Shown: in pieces, positions 9,786-17,918 of the stretch
How the letters are laid out: every line of letters begins with the position of its first letter
Numbering within the stretch: position 1 is the first letter of the stretch
DNA from: Solirubrobacterales bacterium
GTDB lineage: Bacteria; Actinomycetota; Thermoleophilia; Solirubrobacterales; 70-9
Direction: 5' to 3'
DNA: 64,000 nt
Assembly (NCBI GenBank): GCA_035264885.1
Contig: DATFPK010000019.1
Coordinates: 2,885 to 66,884 of the forward strand
Notes under the pieces: model-generated
What the model was told of the DNA's origin: nothing
The model's database searches: none
What the model saw: the letters and a program-made list of their open reading frames with translations, nothing else
Position numbers and translations under genes: made by a program

Positions 9786-10466
9786 CTACGGCGCTGGGCG
9801 GGGGACGTAGTCGCCGATCTCGAGCCCGTGCTCGGACAGCCAGGCAGCCTGCTCGCGCCAGCCGGGGCGGGCCCGGTCGAGGAGTCCCCAGAAGGCGGCC
9901 GAGTGGTTCAGCTCGCGCAGGTGGCAGAGCTCGTGCACGACGACGTAGTCCAGCACCCCGGGCGGGGCGACCAGAAGGCGCCAGGAGAATGAGAGCGAGC
10001 CGCGCGAGGAGCACGAGCCCCAGCGCGTCCGCGGGTCGCGAACCGAGATGCCGCGCGGGCGCAGGCCCAGGCGGGCCGCCTCGCGCCCGACCGCCGCTTG
10101 AAGACACAGCCTGGCCTCGCGCCGGTACCAGCGCTCGAGCGCGCCTTCGGCGTGCTCTCGCGGACCGCCCACGACGATCGCGGCGCCGCGCAGCCGCGCC
10201 GAGGCGCGCATGCCGCCGGCGAGGAGGATCGGCAGCGGCCGCCCGCCGATCCAGGCGAAGCCCGGCCGGTCCAGGCCGAGCGCGCCGGGCCGCGCCGACA
10301 GCTCCTCGGACCAGGCGACCTTGCCGGCGATCCAGTCGCGGTTGAGCCGAAGCATCCGGTCGATCTCCGCCCGCGTGGTCCGCCGCGGCACGGTCACCCG
10401 CAGGGGCTCCCGCGGGCCGACCGTGATCCGCAGGCGCCGGGAGCGCGGCGACTCCCGGACCAGCAC
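9786..10466 (-). CDS. YgjP-like (DUF45/M48-like) metal-dependent hydrolase
   Basis: HELCHL motif and RWGSCS motif. First canonical in-frame start is GTG at 10466, but homology-like sequence continues upstream to a CTG at 10565 (see findings). Confidence 0.7.
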   Translation of the reverse strand: MLVRESPRSRRLRITVGPREPLRVTVPRRTTRAEIDRMLRLNRDWIAGKVAWSEELSARPGALGLDRPGFAWIGGRPLPILLAGGMRASARLRGAAIVVGGPREHAEGALERWYRREARLCLQAAVGREAARLGLRPRGISVRDPRTRWGSCSSRGSLSFSWRLLVAPPGVLDYVVVHELCHLRELNHSAAFWGLLDRARPGWREQAAWLSEHGLEIGDYVPRPAP

Positions 10467-10561
10467 CTCGTGGCGGACGCCCCCGATCTCGATCTCGTGT
10501 GGCCTTCGCTGCCGCAGAGGCGGCAGGGTGGCAGAGGCGCCCGACGGCGCCGCAGGCGCGC

Positions 10562-11905
10562 TCAGGCCGGGTCGGCCACCGGGGTGCCGCGGGCGCCCCT
10601 GCCGTCGCCGGCGACCTCGTCGACGCCGTCCCCGTCCGGGAAGACCAGGATCGCGCCCTCGCCGGTGACGTAGGCCTCCTCGCCGTGTTGGGTGACGTCC
10701 ATGCCGATCGCCTGATCGTGGTCGGTCGCACGCAGCGGCATGACCAACCCGAGCAGGCGTAGGAGCACGTACGTGGCCCCGAATGCATAGGCGGGAGCGG
10801 CGAGGGCCGCGAGCACCTGGTCGAGGAGCTGCCCGGCATTCCCGTAGAAGAGGCCGTCGGAGAGGCCGTTCCATCCGACCTCGGCGACGAAGCCGATGAA
10901 GAGGATGCCGACGAACCCGGCGATGCCGTGGACAGCCAGCACGTCGAGCGTCTCGTCGACCCGGGTCCGAGGGCGCAGGGCGACGACGGCGTAGCAGGGC
11001 AAAGCGCCGAGGGCCCCGAGTGCTAGCGCCCATCCGGGGCTGACGTAGCCGCCCGCCGGGGTGATCAGGACGCAGCCGACGATGATCGCTGTCGCGGCGC
11101 CGATCGCAGTCACCCTGCGCCCGCGAATCGCGTCGAGCACGAACCAGACCAGGAGTGAGGCGGCCGGGGTCAGCAGCGTGTTGGTGAAGGCGAGCACCGA
11201 GTTTGCTCCGGTGTTGAAGCCGCTGCCTCCGTTGAACCCGAACCAGCCGAACCAGAGGAGACCCGCGCCGAGCAGCACGTAGACGGCGTTGTGGGGGAGG
11301 AGGGCCTGGCGGCCGTAGTCCTTGCGGGTGCCTATCACCAGCGCCGCCGCGAGGGCGGAGAAGCCGGAACCCATCTCGACCGGCACGCCGCCGGCGAAGT
11401 CGAGGGTCCCGCGCTCGAACAGCCAGCCCCCGCCGAAGGCCCAGTGGGCGAGGACGGAGTACACGAGCACCGACCAGAGCGCCGAAAAGGCGAGAAAGGC
11501 ACCGAAGCGCATCCGCTCGACCACCGCGCCGGAGATCAGGGCCGTGGTGATGATGCAGAACGTCGCCTGGAAGGCGAAGAAGAGCAGGTGGGGGATCGTC
11601 GATCCATCGCGGGGCTCGAACGTGACGTCGTTGAGGAACGCATGTCCGAAGCCGCCGATGAGGTCGTTCTCCCCGTCGAAGGCGAACGAGTAGCCGATCG
11701 CGGCCCAGGTCACCGTCGCGACCGCGATCGCGGCAACGCACATCATGAACGTGTTGAGCGTGTTCCTCGACCGCACGAGCCCGGCGTAGAAGAGGCCGAG
11801 GGCCGGGGTCATCATCAGGACCAGCGCCGTGGCGGCGAGCATCCAGGCGGTGTCGCCGGTGTCGATCGGAGAGGCCTGGGCGAAGATGCCGAGGTCGATG
11901 CTCAT
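10562..11905 (-). CDS. amt: ammonium transporter
   Basis: 447 aa. DTAWMLAATALVLMMTPALGLFYAGLVR and the overall Amt/MEP pattern of about 11 TM helices. ATGA overlap with upstream glnK. Confidence 0.95.
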   Translation of the reverse strand: MSIDLGIFAQASPIDTGDTAWMLAATALVLMMTPALGLFYAGLVRSRNTLNTFMMCVAAIAVATVTWAAIGYSFAFDGENDLIGGFGHAFLNDVTFEPRDGSTIPHLLFFAFQATFCIITTALISGAVVERMRFGAFLAFSALWSVLVYSVLAHWAFGGGWLFERGTLDFAGGVPVEMGSGFSALAAALVIGTRKDYGRQALLPHNAVYVLLGAGLLWFGWFGFNGGSGFNTGANSVLAFTNTLLTPAASLLVWFVLDAIRGRRVTAIGAATAIIVGCVLITPAGGYVSPGWALALGALGALPCYAVVALRPRTRVDETLDVLAVHGIAGFVGILFIGFVAEVGWNGLSDGLFYGNAGQLLDQVLAALAAPAYAFGATYVLLRLLGLVMPLRATDHDQAIGMDVTQHGEEAYVTGEGAILVFPDGDGVDEVAGDGRGARGTPVADPA

Positions 11906-12297
11906 GGCGTGGTGGAGGCCGGGGGCCGGGCGAGCGCCGTCCGCGCCTTATCGACAGGCGTCACTGCCGCATGGTCGGTCTCACCGGTCCTGATCCGCAC
12001 CACCCGCTCGAGCGGCAGGACGAAGATCTTGCCGTCGCCGACGTCGTCGGTCCGGCCGCCCTCGCAGAGCGCCGTGATCGTCGGCTCGACGAACTCGTCG
12101 GAGACCGCGATCTCGAATCGGACCTTCTCGGAGAGGCCCATCTGGACGGTGGTGCCGCGGTAGGTCTCGACCCGGTCGAGCTCCCCGCCGTGGCCCTGCA
12201 CACGGCTCAGCGAGAGGCCGCGCACCTCGGCTCGGTACAGGGCCTCCAGCACGTCGTTCGCCTTCTCGGGCCGCACGATGCCGATCACGAGCTTCAC
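11902..12297 (-). CDS. glnK: P-II family nitrogen regulator with divergent T-loop and C-terminal extension
   Basis: GTG at 12297 preceded by AAGGAGAG. VKLVIGIVRPEK...GDGKIFVLPLERVVRIRTGE aligns position by position with GlnB/GlnK. Confidence 0.9.
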   Translation of the reverse strand: MKLVIGIVRPEKANDVLEALYRAEVRGLSLSRVQGHGGELDRVETYRGTTVQMGLSEKVRFEIAVSDEFVEPTITALCEGGRTDDVGDGKIFVLPLERVVRIRTGETDHAAVTPVDKARTALARPPASTTP

Positions 12298-12332
12298 GTC
12301 TCTCCTTTGCCGGGGACTGCCGCGGCGATTCT

Positions 12333-12428
12333 CCACCTCGCCATGGCGAGGTGGCATTGGCCCGCCGTACAGGATCGGCGACATCGCCTTGTACATGTGT
12401 CGAAATCGCAGCGCCGCCACTTCGACAC
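12333..12428. promoter_or_regulatory. cluster of inverted repeats in the glnK / chbG-like divergent intergenic region
   Basis: 22-nt perfect palindrome CCACCTCGCCATGGCGAGGTGG (12333..12354). GTGTCGAA-N16-TTCGACAC (12397..12428). Confidence 0.35.
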
Positions 12429-12456
12429 ACCGCCCAATCGGCGCGAAGATCGGACG

Positions 12457-13065
12457 GTGACCGCGCGCCTCCTGATCGTCGCCGATGACTACGGGTACTC
12501 GCCGGCCTACAACCGCGGGATCCTCGAGGCGGTGCGGGCGGGGACGATCGACGCCGCCGGCGCCATGGTGGTCCGGCCCTGGTGCGACCCGGCGCCGCTC
12601 CTGAACGCCGGGGTCGAGGTCGGCCTGCACATCGAGGCGGGCGGGTCGCTCGACCTGCAGCTCGAGCGCTTCGAGCGCCTGTTCGGCGCACCGCCGCGCT
12701 ACCTCGACGGCCACCACCACTGCCACGCCGACCCGGGGCTCGAGGACGTGGTCGTGGACCACGCGCTGCGGCTCGGCGTCCGCGTGCGCTCGATCGACGA
12801 GCGCCAGCGTGGGCGCCTCCGCGAGACCGGCGTGGCGACGCCGGACCGCCTGGTGGGGCGGCTCGACGAGGCGCAGGACCCGCTCCTGCCGGAGATCGCG
12901 GCGGTGATCGGGGGCTCGGCGCCGCCGGAGGGCGTGACCGAGTGGATGACCCACCCGGGGCGGCGGGACGCGGAACTCGGCTCCCGCTACGACGAGGGGC
13001 GGGAGGCCGACCTCGAGCTGCTCTTGCGGCTCCGCGGCGACCCTGCGATCGCTGCCTGGCGCTGA
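12457..13065 (+). CDS. ChbG/YdjC/HpnK-family carbohydrate deacetylase
   Basis: GTG at 12457 gives VTARLLIVADDYGYS, a typical family N-terminus. LDGHHHCH metal motif. Confidence 0.8.
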   Translation: MTARLLIVADDYGYSPAYNRGILEAVRAGTIDAAGAMVVRPWCDPAPLLNAGVEVGLHIEAGGSLDLQLERFERLFGAPPRYLDGHHHCHADPGLEDVVVDHALRLGVRVRSIDERQRGRLRETGVATPDRLVGRLDEAQDPLLPEIAAVIGGSAPPEGVTEWMTHPGRRDAELGSRYDEGREADLELLLRLRGDPAIAAWR

Positions 13066-14462
13066 CGGCGGCGCCTGCGCTTCGGCGTCGCCTTCGAGAG
13101 CTCCTCCGTCACGGCCTCGAGCTCGAGCGCGAAGCTGTCCAGGTCGGCCATCGCGTCGTAGTCGCCGATCAGGCCGAAGCTGACCCTGCCGTTGTAGGAG
13201 AAGATGCCGACGCATAGGGCCTGCCTCTGGGCGAGCGGGACCATCGGGACGATCCGCTCCATCTCCCGGCCGAGGACGTAGAGCGGAAACTGCGGTCCGG
13301 GGATGTTCGTGATGACGAGGTTGAAGAACCGCTGGCGCGGCTGGAGCCGGGCCGCCTGCGCGGCGATCGTCGGTGGCGCGAAGTCGGCGAGCTGCGTGAG
13401 GATCTGGGCGCCGACGGCCTGGCCGGAGCTCTTCAGGTCGCCCATCGCCGCCGAGACGAGCCTGAGGCGCTCGACTGGGTCCTCGCACCAGATCGCCAGC
13501 GGGGCCATCATCCCGGCGACCCGGTTGCCGAGCGCCCCCTGGTGCTCGTCGGCTCGGACGCTGACCGGCACGAGCGCCCGCAGCTCGAGCTCCTCCGTGT
13601 CGTAGCCGCGGGCCCGCATGTACTTGCCGAGCGCGCCGGCGACGATCGAGAGGATCACGTCGTTGAGCGTGCCGCCGTGCTCGTTCTTGATCTGCTTGAG
13701 CTCGTCGACGTCGGCCTCGGCCCAGGTGAAGCGGCGGTGCGGCCCGATCTCCACGTTGAAGGGGCTGGGCGGGGCTCCCATTCCGGCGCCGAGAAGGCGT
13801 CCGGCGTTCGCCGCGCCGGCACCGACCTGCGAGGCCACCTGCCGTGGCCCCCGGAGCACCGCGCGGACGCCGCGGCCGATCTCGCGCGGCCTGGTCATCC
13901 GCTCGACCAGGGCATCGCCGAGCAGCTTGGCGCCCGACGGCTCGGGGCGGGGGAGCCACTCAGGACCGGGGCCCGGCTCCGTCTGCGGCTCGCGGGCGGT
14001 GTCGAACAGCACGGTCGTGATGTCCATACCGGAGACGCCGTCGACCAGGGCGTGATGGCTCTTGCCGATGATCGCGAAGCGGTCGCCCTCGAGGCCTTCG
14101 ACGAGCCAGAGCTCCCAGAGCGGCTTCGAGCGGTCGAGCTGCTGGGAGAAGATCCGGGCCGCGAGGTTGCGGAGCTGCTCCTCGGAGCCCGGCGCCGGCA
14201 GCGCGGTCCCGCGGACGTGGTACTCGAGGTTCAGGTGGGGGTCGTCGACCCAGACCGGCCGCCCCTGCCCGAACGGGACGAACCGAACCTTCTGGCGGAA
14301 GCGCGGCACCAGGTGGAGCCGCGAGCCGATGTGGTCGCGGAACTCCGCGTAGGAGGGCGCAGGTCCCGCGAACGTGGCGGTCGAGGCAACGTGCATGTGG
14401 GCGCCGTCCCGCTCCATGTGCAGGAACGAGGAGTCAAGGCCGCTCAGGCGCTCGCTGCTCAC
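12987..14462 (-). CDS. wax ester synthase / diacylglycerol acyltransferase (WS/DGAT)
   Basis: HHALVDG active-site motif. N-terminal LSGLDSSFLHME. 491 aa. Confidence 0.9.
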   Translation of the reverse strand: MSSERLSGLDSSFLHMERDGAHMHVASTATFAGPAPSYAEFRDHIGSRLHLVPRFRQKVRFVPFGQGRPVWVDDPHLNLEYHVRGTALPAPGSEEQLRNLAARIFSQQLDRSKPLWELWLVEGLEGDRFAIIGKSHHALVDGVSGMDITTVLFDTAREPQTEPGPGPEWLPRPEPSGAKLLGDALVERMTRPREIGRGVRAVLRGPRQVASQVGAGAANAGRLLGAGMGAPPSPFNVEIGPHRRFTWAEADVDELKQIKNEHGGTLNDVILSIVAGALGKYMRARGYDTEELELRALVPVSVRADEHQGALGNRVAGMMAPLAIWCEDPVERLRLVSAAMGDLKSSGQAVGAQILTQLADFAPPTIAAQAARLQPRQRFFNLVITNIPGPQFPLYVLGREMERIVPMVPLAQRQALCVGIFSYNGRVSFGLIGDYDAMADLDSFALELEAVTEELSKATPKRRRRRQRQAAIAGSPRSRKSSSRSASRPSS

Positions 14463-14542
14463 GCACGAATCCTCTCACAGGGGAGGACTGTGATGCCCGT
14501 CACACAGGGCGGCCTCGATGCCCCGTACGGTCGCCCGTCCAA

Positions 14543-14712
14543 CAGATCGAGTAACCGATCTGCCGAGTCGCACGGCCGGACCGAGGCCGCAGCGAGCGGG
14601 GGAACCACAGCCGCCATCGCGGCAGGGGCGAACGAGGCGCTGAGCCGCCTCCGGCGCGCGTCCGGGACGAGCCCGGGCGGGCGCGAGCCCGTCAGCTAAC
14701 CCCGCAGGCAGG
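14543..14712 (+). promoter_or_regulatory. c-di-AMP riboswitch (ydaO-yuaA class) in the leader of the RlpA-like gene
   Basis: Conserved cores recalled for the class: AUCGAGUAACC, GAGCGGGGGAACCAC, GGCAGGGGCGAACGA and CCCGUCAGCUAACCCCGCAGGC. The SD GGAAAGGAAGG and GTG 14730 follow immediately. Confidence 0.65.
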
Positions 14713-14729
14713 AAAGGAAGGCAATCACC

Positions 14730-15638
14730 GTGCGACGTTTCCGTCGTAGACGACGGCGGGCCGCCGCGCAGGCCCTGCTGGGCTTCGCGGCTCTCGCCAC
14801 CACAGCAAGCATCGGAATCGCCGCCGCCGGGCCGGGACGGGCCCGGATCGCCGCGCCGGAGGAGACGCTCTCGTTCGGCGAGAGGTTCCGCCTGGCCGGC
14901 AGCGTCCCGGTCGACGCCGGCATGGACGTGCGGATCAGGTTCCGGGCGGCCGGCAGCGACAGCTGGCGGCTCGTCCGCAAGACCCACACCGACCGCAACG
15001 GCACCTACCGCACCAGGCTGCGGGCACAAGTTAACGGCGCTTACCGCGCCTTCCCGGCCCAGGGCCGCGCGTCCTCGTCCGAGGAGATCGAGGTCCGCTC
15101 GCGGACGGCGTTCCACGTGAGCGGCCACGACCTGAAACTGGGCCACGGCGTCCGCCTCCAGGGCCGGGTGCGGCCGGGCGGCAGACGCACGGTCAAGGTC
15201 GTCGTCCGCGGTCCCGGCCGGGACGTGCGGACCGACGCGGTCTCCCGCGACGGCCGGTTCGCGCTGGCCTTGAAGCCGCGCCATGCCGGGGTGTACAGGC
15301 TGCGCGCCTACACGAGCCGCAATCTCAGGGCGGGCGGCAGCGTCAGCCCCGCCCGGCGGGTGACCGCGTACCGACCCGCCGAGGCCTCCTGGTATGGCCC
15401 CGGGTTCTGGGGCAACCGCACGGCCTGCGGCCAGGTGCTGCGGCCCGGCATGCTCGGCGTCGCGCACCGAGGCCTGCCCTGCGGCACGGAGGTCAAGTTC
15501 CGCTACCGCGGGCGCACCGTTCGCGCCCCGGTCATCGACCGCGGCCCGTTCGCCCCCGGCCGGCGGTGGGACCTGACCCAGGCCACGAAGGAGCGCCTGC
15601 GGTTCCCGGACGTCGGGACCGTCTGGAGCTCGAAGTAA
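14730..15638 (+). CDS. secreted RlpA-like (double-psi beta-barrel) cell-wall protein
   Basis: Signal peptide RRRRRAAAQALLGFAALATTASIGIAAA. C-terminal DPBB ASWYGPGFWGNRTACG...GRTVRAPVIDRGPF. Confidence 0.85.
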   Translation: MRRFRRRRRRAAAQALLGFAALATTASIGIAAAGPGRARIAAPEETLSFGERFRLAGSVPVDAGMDVRIRFRAAGSDSWRLVRKTHTDRNGTYRTRLRAQVNGAYRAFPAQGRASSSEEIEVRSRTAFHVSGHDLKLGHGVRLQGRVRPGGRRTVKVVVRGPGRDVRTDAVSRDGRFALALKPRHAGVYRLRAYTSRNLRAGGSVSPARRVTAYRPAEASWYGPGFWGNRTACGQVLRPGMLGVAHRGLPCGTEVKFRYRGRTVRAPVIDRGPFAPGRRWDLTQATKERLRFPDVGTVWSSK

Positions 15639-16709
15639 TCAGACCGAGAGGCTGAGCTGGTCCTCGGCTTCGGCCGGGGCCGGCTCGGCGCTCGCGGCGA
15701 ACGCCGCGACCCCGACCCCGAGCAGCCGCACCGGCCGCGGCGGGTCGTAGGCCCGGAGCAGCTCGACCGCCACGGTCCCGATCGTCTCGGGGTCGTTCAC
15801 CGGCTCGTCGAGCGTCCGGGCCCGGGTCACGGTTGTCCAGTCGTCGAGGCGGACCTTGATCCGCACGGTCCGTCCCGTGAGCTTCTTGGCGCGGAGGCGG
15901 CCCGAGAGCTCCGCCGCCTGCTCGGTGACGACGCCGGTCATCCGCTCGAGCCCGGTGATGTCGGTGTCGAAGGTCGTCTCGACCGACTGCGACTTCGCCT
16001 CGCGGCTCGTCTCGACGGGGGAGGAGTCCTCGAACCGGGCGCGCCGGCTGAGCCAGACGCCGATTCTCGGTCCGTAGGCCGCCTTCAGCTCCTCCACGTC
16101 GCGGGCGCGGAGGTCGGCGAGGGTGCGGACGCCGGCCCGCTCCAACCTCTCGACGGTCTTCGGCCCGATGCCCGGGATGATCCCTGGCGATTCCGTCGTG
16201 AAGCGCTCCAGGGCCTCCTCGCGGGTCAGGACGACGAAACCGGCCGGCTTGGCCATCTCGCTGGCGATCTTGGCGAGCAGGCGGTTCTCGGCGATGCCGA
16301 TCGAGCAGGTCAGAGCGGTCCGCTCGCGGATCTCGGTGGCGATCCGCCGCATGGTCGCCTTCGGCGAATAGAGGCCCGTCAGGTCGAGGTAGACCTCGTC
16401 GAGCCCCATCACCTGCACGGTCTCAGCGTGGTCGTGGACGATCCTCATGATCTCGCGGGAGGCGGCCCGGTAGGCGTCGAAGTCGGGCCGGATGTAGATC
16501 GCGTCCGGCAGCCGCCGGCGAGCGACGGCCGCCGGCATGGCCGAGTGGATCCCGGCGAGCTGCCGGGCTTCGTAGCTCGCCGTCGTCACCACCGCCCGCG
16601 GGCCCGACCCGCAGACCACCACCGGCTTGCCCCGCAGCTCCGGCCGCCGCCGCAGCTCCACGGACGCGTAGAAGGCGTCCATGTCGAGATGGGCGATGGT
16701 CCGGTCCAC
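15639..16709 (-). CDS. dinB: DNA polymerase IV
   Basis: IAHLDMDAFYASVE, GLDEVYLD, 356 aa. Confidence 0.95.
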   Translation of the reverse strand: MDRTIAHLDMDAFYASVELRRRPELRGKPVVVCGSGPRAVVTTASYEARQLAGIHSAMPAAVARRRLPDAIYIRPDFDAYRAASREIMRIVHDHAETVQVMGLDEVYLDLTGLYSPKATMRRIATEIRERTALTCSIGIAENRLLAKIASEMAKPAGFVVLTREEALERFTTESPGIIPGIGPKTVERLERAGVRTLADLRARDVEELKAAYGPRIGVWLSRRARFEDSSPVETSREAKSQSVETTFDTDITGLERMTGVVTEQAAELSGRLRAKKLTGRTVRIKVRLDDWTTVTRARTLDEPVNDPETIGTVAVELLRAYDPPRPVRLLGVGVAAFAASAEPAPAEAEDQLSLSV

Positions 16710-16742
16710 GATCCGATGGTAGGAAGCCGGCGGGACGGCGCC

Positions 16743-17591
16743 TCAGCGCGCCGGCGCGCCGTAGCCGCCGAGGAGCCGGCGGACGACGCCGGTGATCGTC
16801 CGGGCGCCGTACGGGAGGCTCGGGTTGCCGTCGGTCAGGACCGCGACCCCAAGCCCGCGCCTGCCGTGGCGGAGCTGCGCCACCTGGTTGACGCGCCAGC
16901 CGCCTGCCGCGGGGACCCAGCCGCCCTTGAAGTAGAGGCGCCAGCCGCGCAGGCGGGCGGGGGGGATGCCCCAGCGCTGGTAGGAGACGACCGTGGCGAG
17001 CAGGCGGAAGGCGTAGGCGCGGTGGCGGCCCGGGACGAAGCGCTGGAGCCTGCGCATGAACCGGGCCTGGTCATGCGCGCTGATCGCGGTCAGCCCCCAG
17101 ACCACGTGGGGGGAGAAGTCGCGCATCCCGGCGGCCCGCGCGAGCCGGACCAGGGCATGGTTGCCGACGGTGTCGCGGATGATCGTCGCCGCGGTGTTGT
17201 CCGAGCGCCGGATCATCGGGCCCAGCAGCGCCCGATCGGCCCCGCGCAGGCCGCGGTTGCGGACCGAGGCCCGGCGCAGGTAGGCGGTCATCACCTTGAC
17301 GACGCTCGCCGAGCGGAACCGGCGGTGGGAGCGATGGCCGCGCAGCCTTCCGTGCTCGCCGACGACCGCGAAGGACACGCGTCCGAGGCGGTGCGCGGCG
17401 AATCGCTCCGCCCGCCGGACGCGGCGCCGCCACGGGTACTGCGATCCGGTGGTGACGAGGCCTACTCCGAAGCCGCGCGCGGCCGGACCGGCCGGCGCCG
17501 CCGGCTCGGCCTGCGAGGGCGGGGGGTGCGCCGGGTGCGCGACCGCCCCGATCAGGGCGGCGGCGAGTACCAGGAGGGCGGCGCGCTTCAT
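16743..17591 (-). CDS. secreted serine hydrolase, class A beta-lactamase-like
   Basis: ATG at 17591 (MKRAALLVLAAALIGAVA signal peptide). SVVK (SxxK) and SDN motifs. Confidence 0.8.
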   Translation of the reverse strand: MKRAALLVLAAALIGAVAHPAHPPPSQAEPAAPAGPAARGFGVGLVTTGSQYPWRRRVRRAERFAAHRLGRVSFAVVGEHGRLRGHRSHRRFRSASVVKVMTAYLRRASVRNRGLRGADRALLGPMIRRSDNTAATIIRDTVGNHALVRLARAAGMRDFSPHVVWGLTAISAHDQARFMRRLQRFVPGRHRAYAFRLLATVVSYQRWGIPPARLRGWRLYFKGGWVPAAGGWRVNQVAQLRHGRRGLGVAVLTDGNPSLPYGARTITGVVRRLLGGYGAPAR

Positions 17592-17627
17592 GCTGGCTGG
17601 CGTTGCGTGCGAAATAGACTCTCGCAG

Positions 17628-17915
17628 GTGCCCTCCCCGGAAGGCAAGAACCTCGAGGCGATCTCCAAGGCGATCGACCAGCACAACGCCAACTGCCCGT
17701 TCCCGGCGGCCGAGGTGCGGATGAACCCGTTCGAGATCGAGCGCCTCGGCTGGGACGAGATCCGCGGGCTTCCCGTCCTACCCGACCCGGCAATCGGCAC
17801 CGGGCGCTTCCGGATCGTCTGCTCGCGCGACCTCGAGGGCGAGGGGCTGGAGGAGACCGAAGCGGTCGGGGAGCCGCTCGAGGTCGTGACGCCGGCGGCC
17901 CCGGAGCGGGGCTGA
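17628..17915 (+). CDS. hypothetical protein (about 95 aa)
   Basis: High GC3 from about 17630. TAGACT -10-like box lies 7 nt upstream of GTG 17628. An alternative GTG is at 17607. No recognisable domain. Confidence 0.55.
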   Translation: MPSPEGKNLEAISKAIDQHNANCPFPAAEVRMNPFEIERLGWDEIRGLPVLPDPAIGTGRFRIVCSRDLEGEGLEETEAVGEPLEVVTPAAPERG

Positions 17916-17918
17916 CCG

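Noticed and set aside
10467-11741. Long N-terminal extension of the YgjP-like ORF (651 aa total)
   Set aside because: The extension overlaps amt in another frame and translates to Arg/Pro/Gly junk. Only the C-terminal roughly 230-260 aa resemble DUF45.
11971-12456. Longer ChbG-like ORF, including the ATG at 12343 in the centre of the 22-nt palindrome
   Set aside because: YdjC/ChbG proteins begin right at the (L)IxxADDxG strand, which GTG 12457 provides. The upstream translation is basic low-complexity and overlaps glnK on the opposite strand.
12298-13959. N-terminal extension of the P-II ORF (685 aa total)
   Set aside because: The P-II homology begins exactly at GTG 12297, which has a strong SD. 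The upstream part is antisense to the ChbG-like and WS/DGAT genes.
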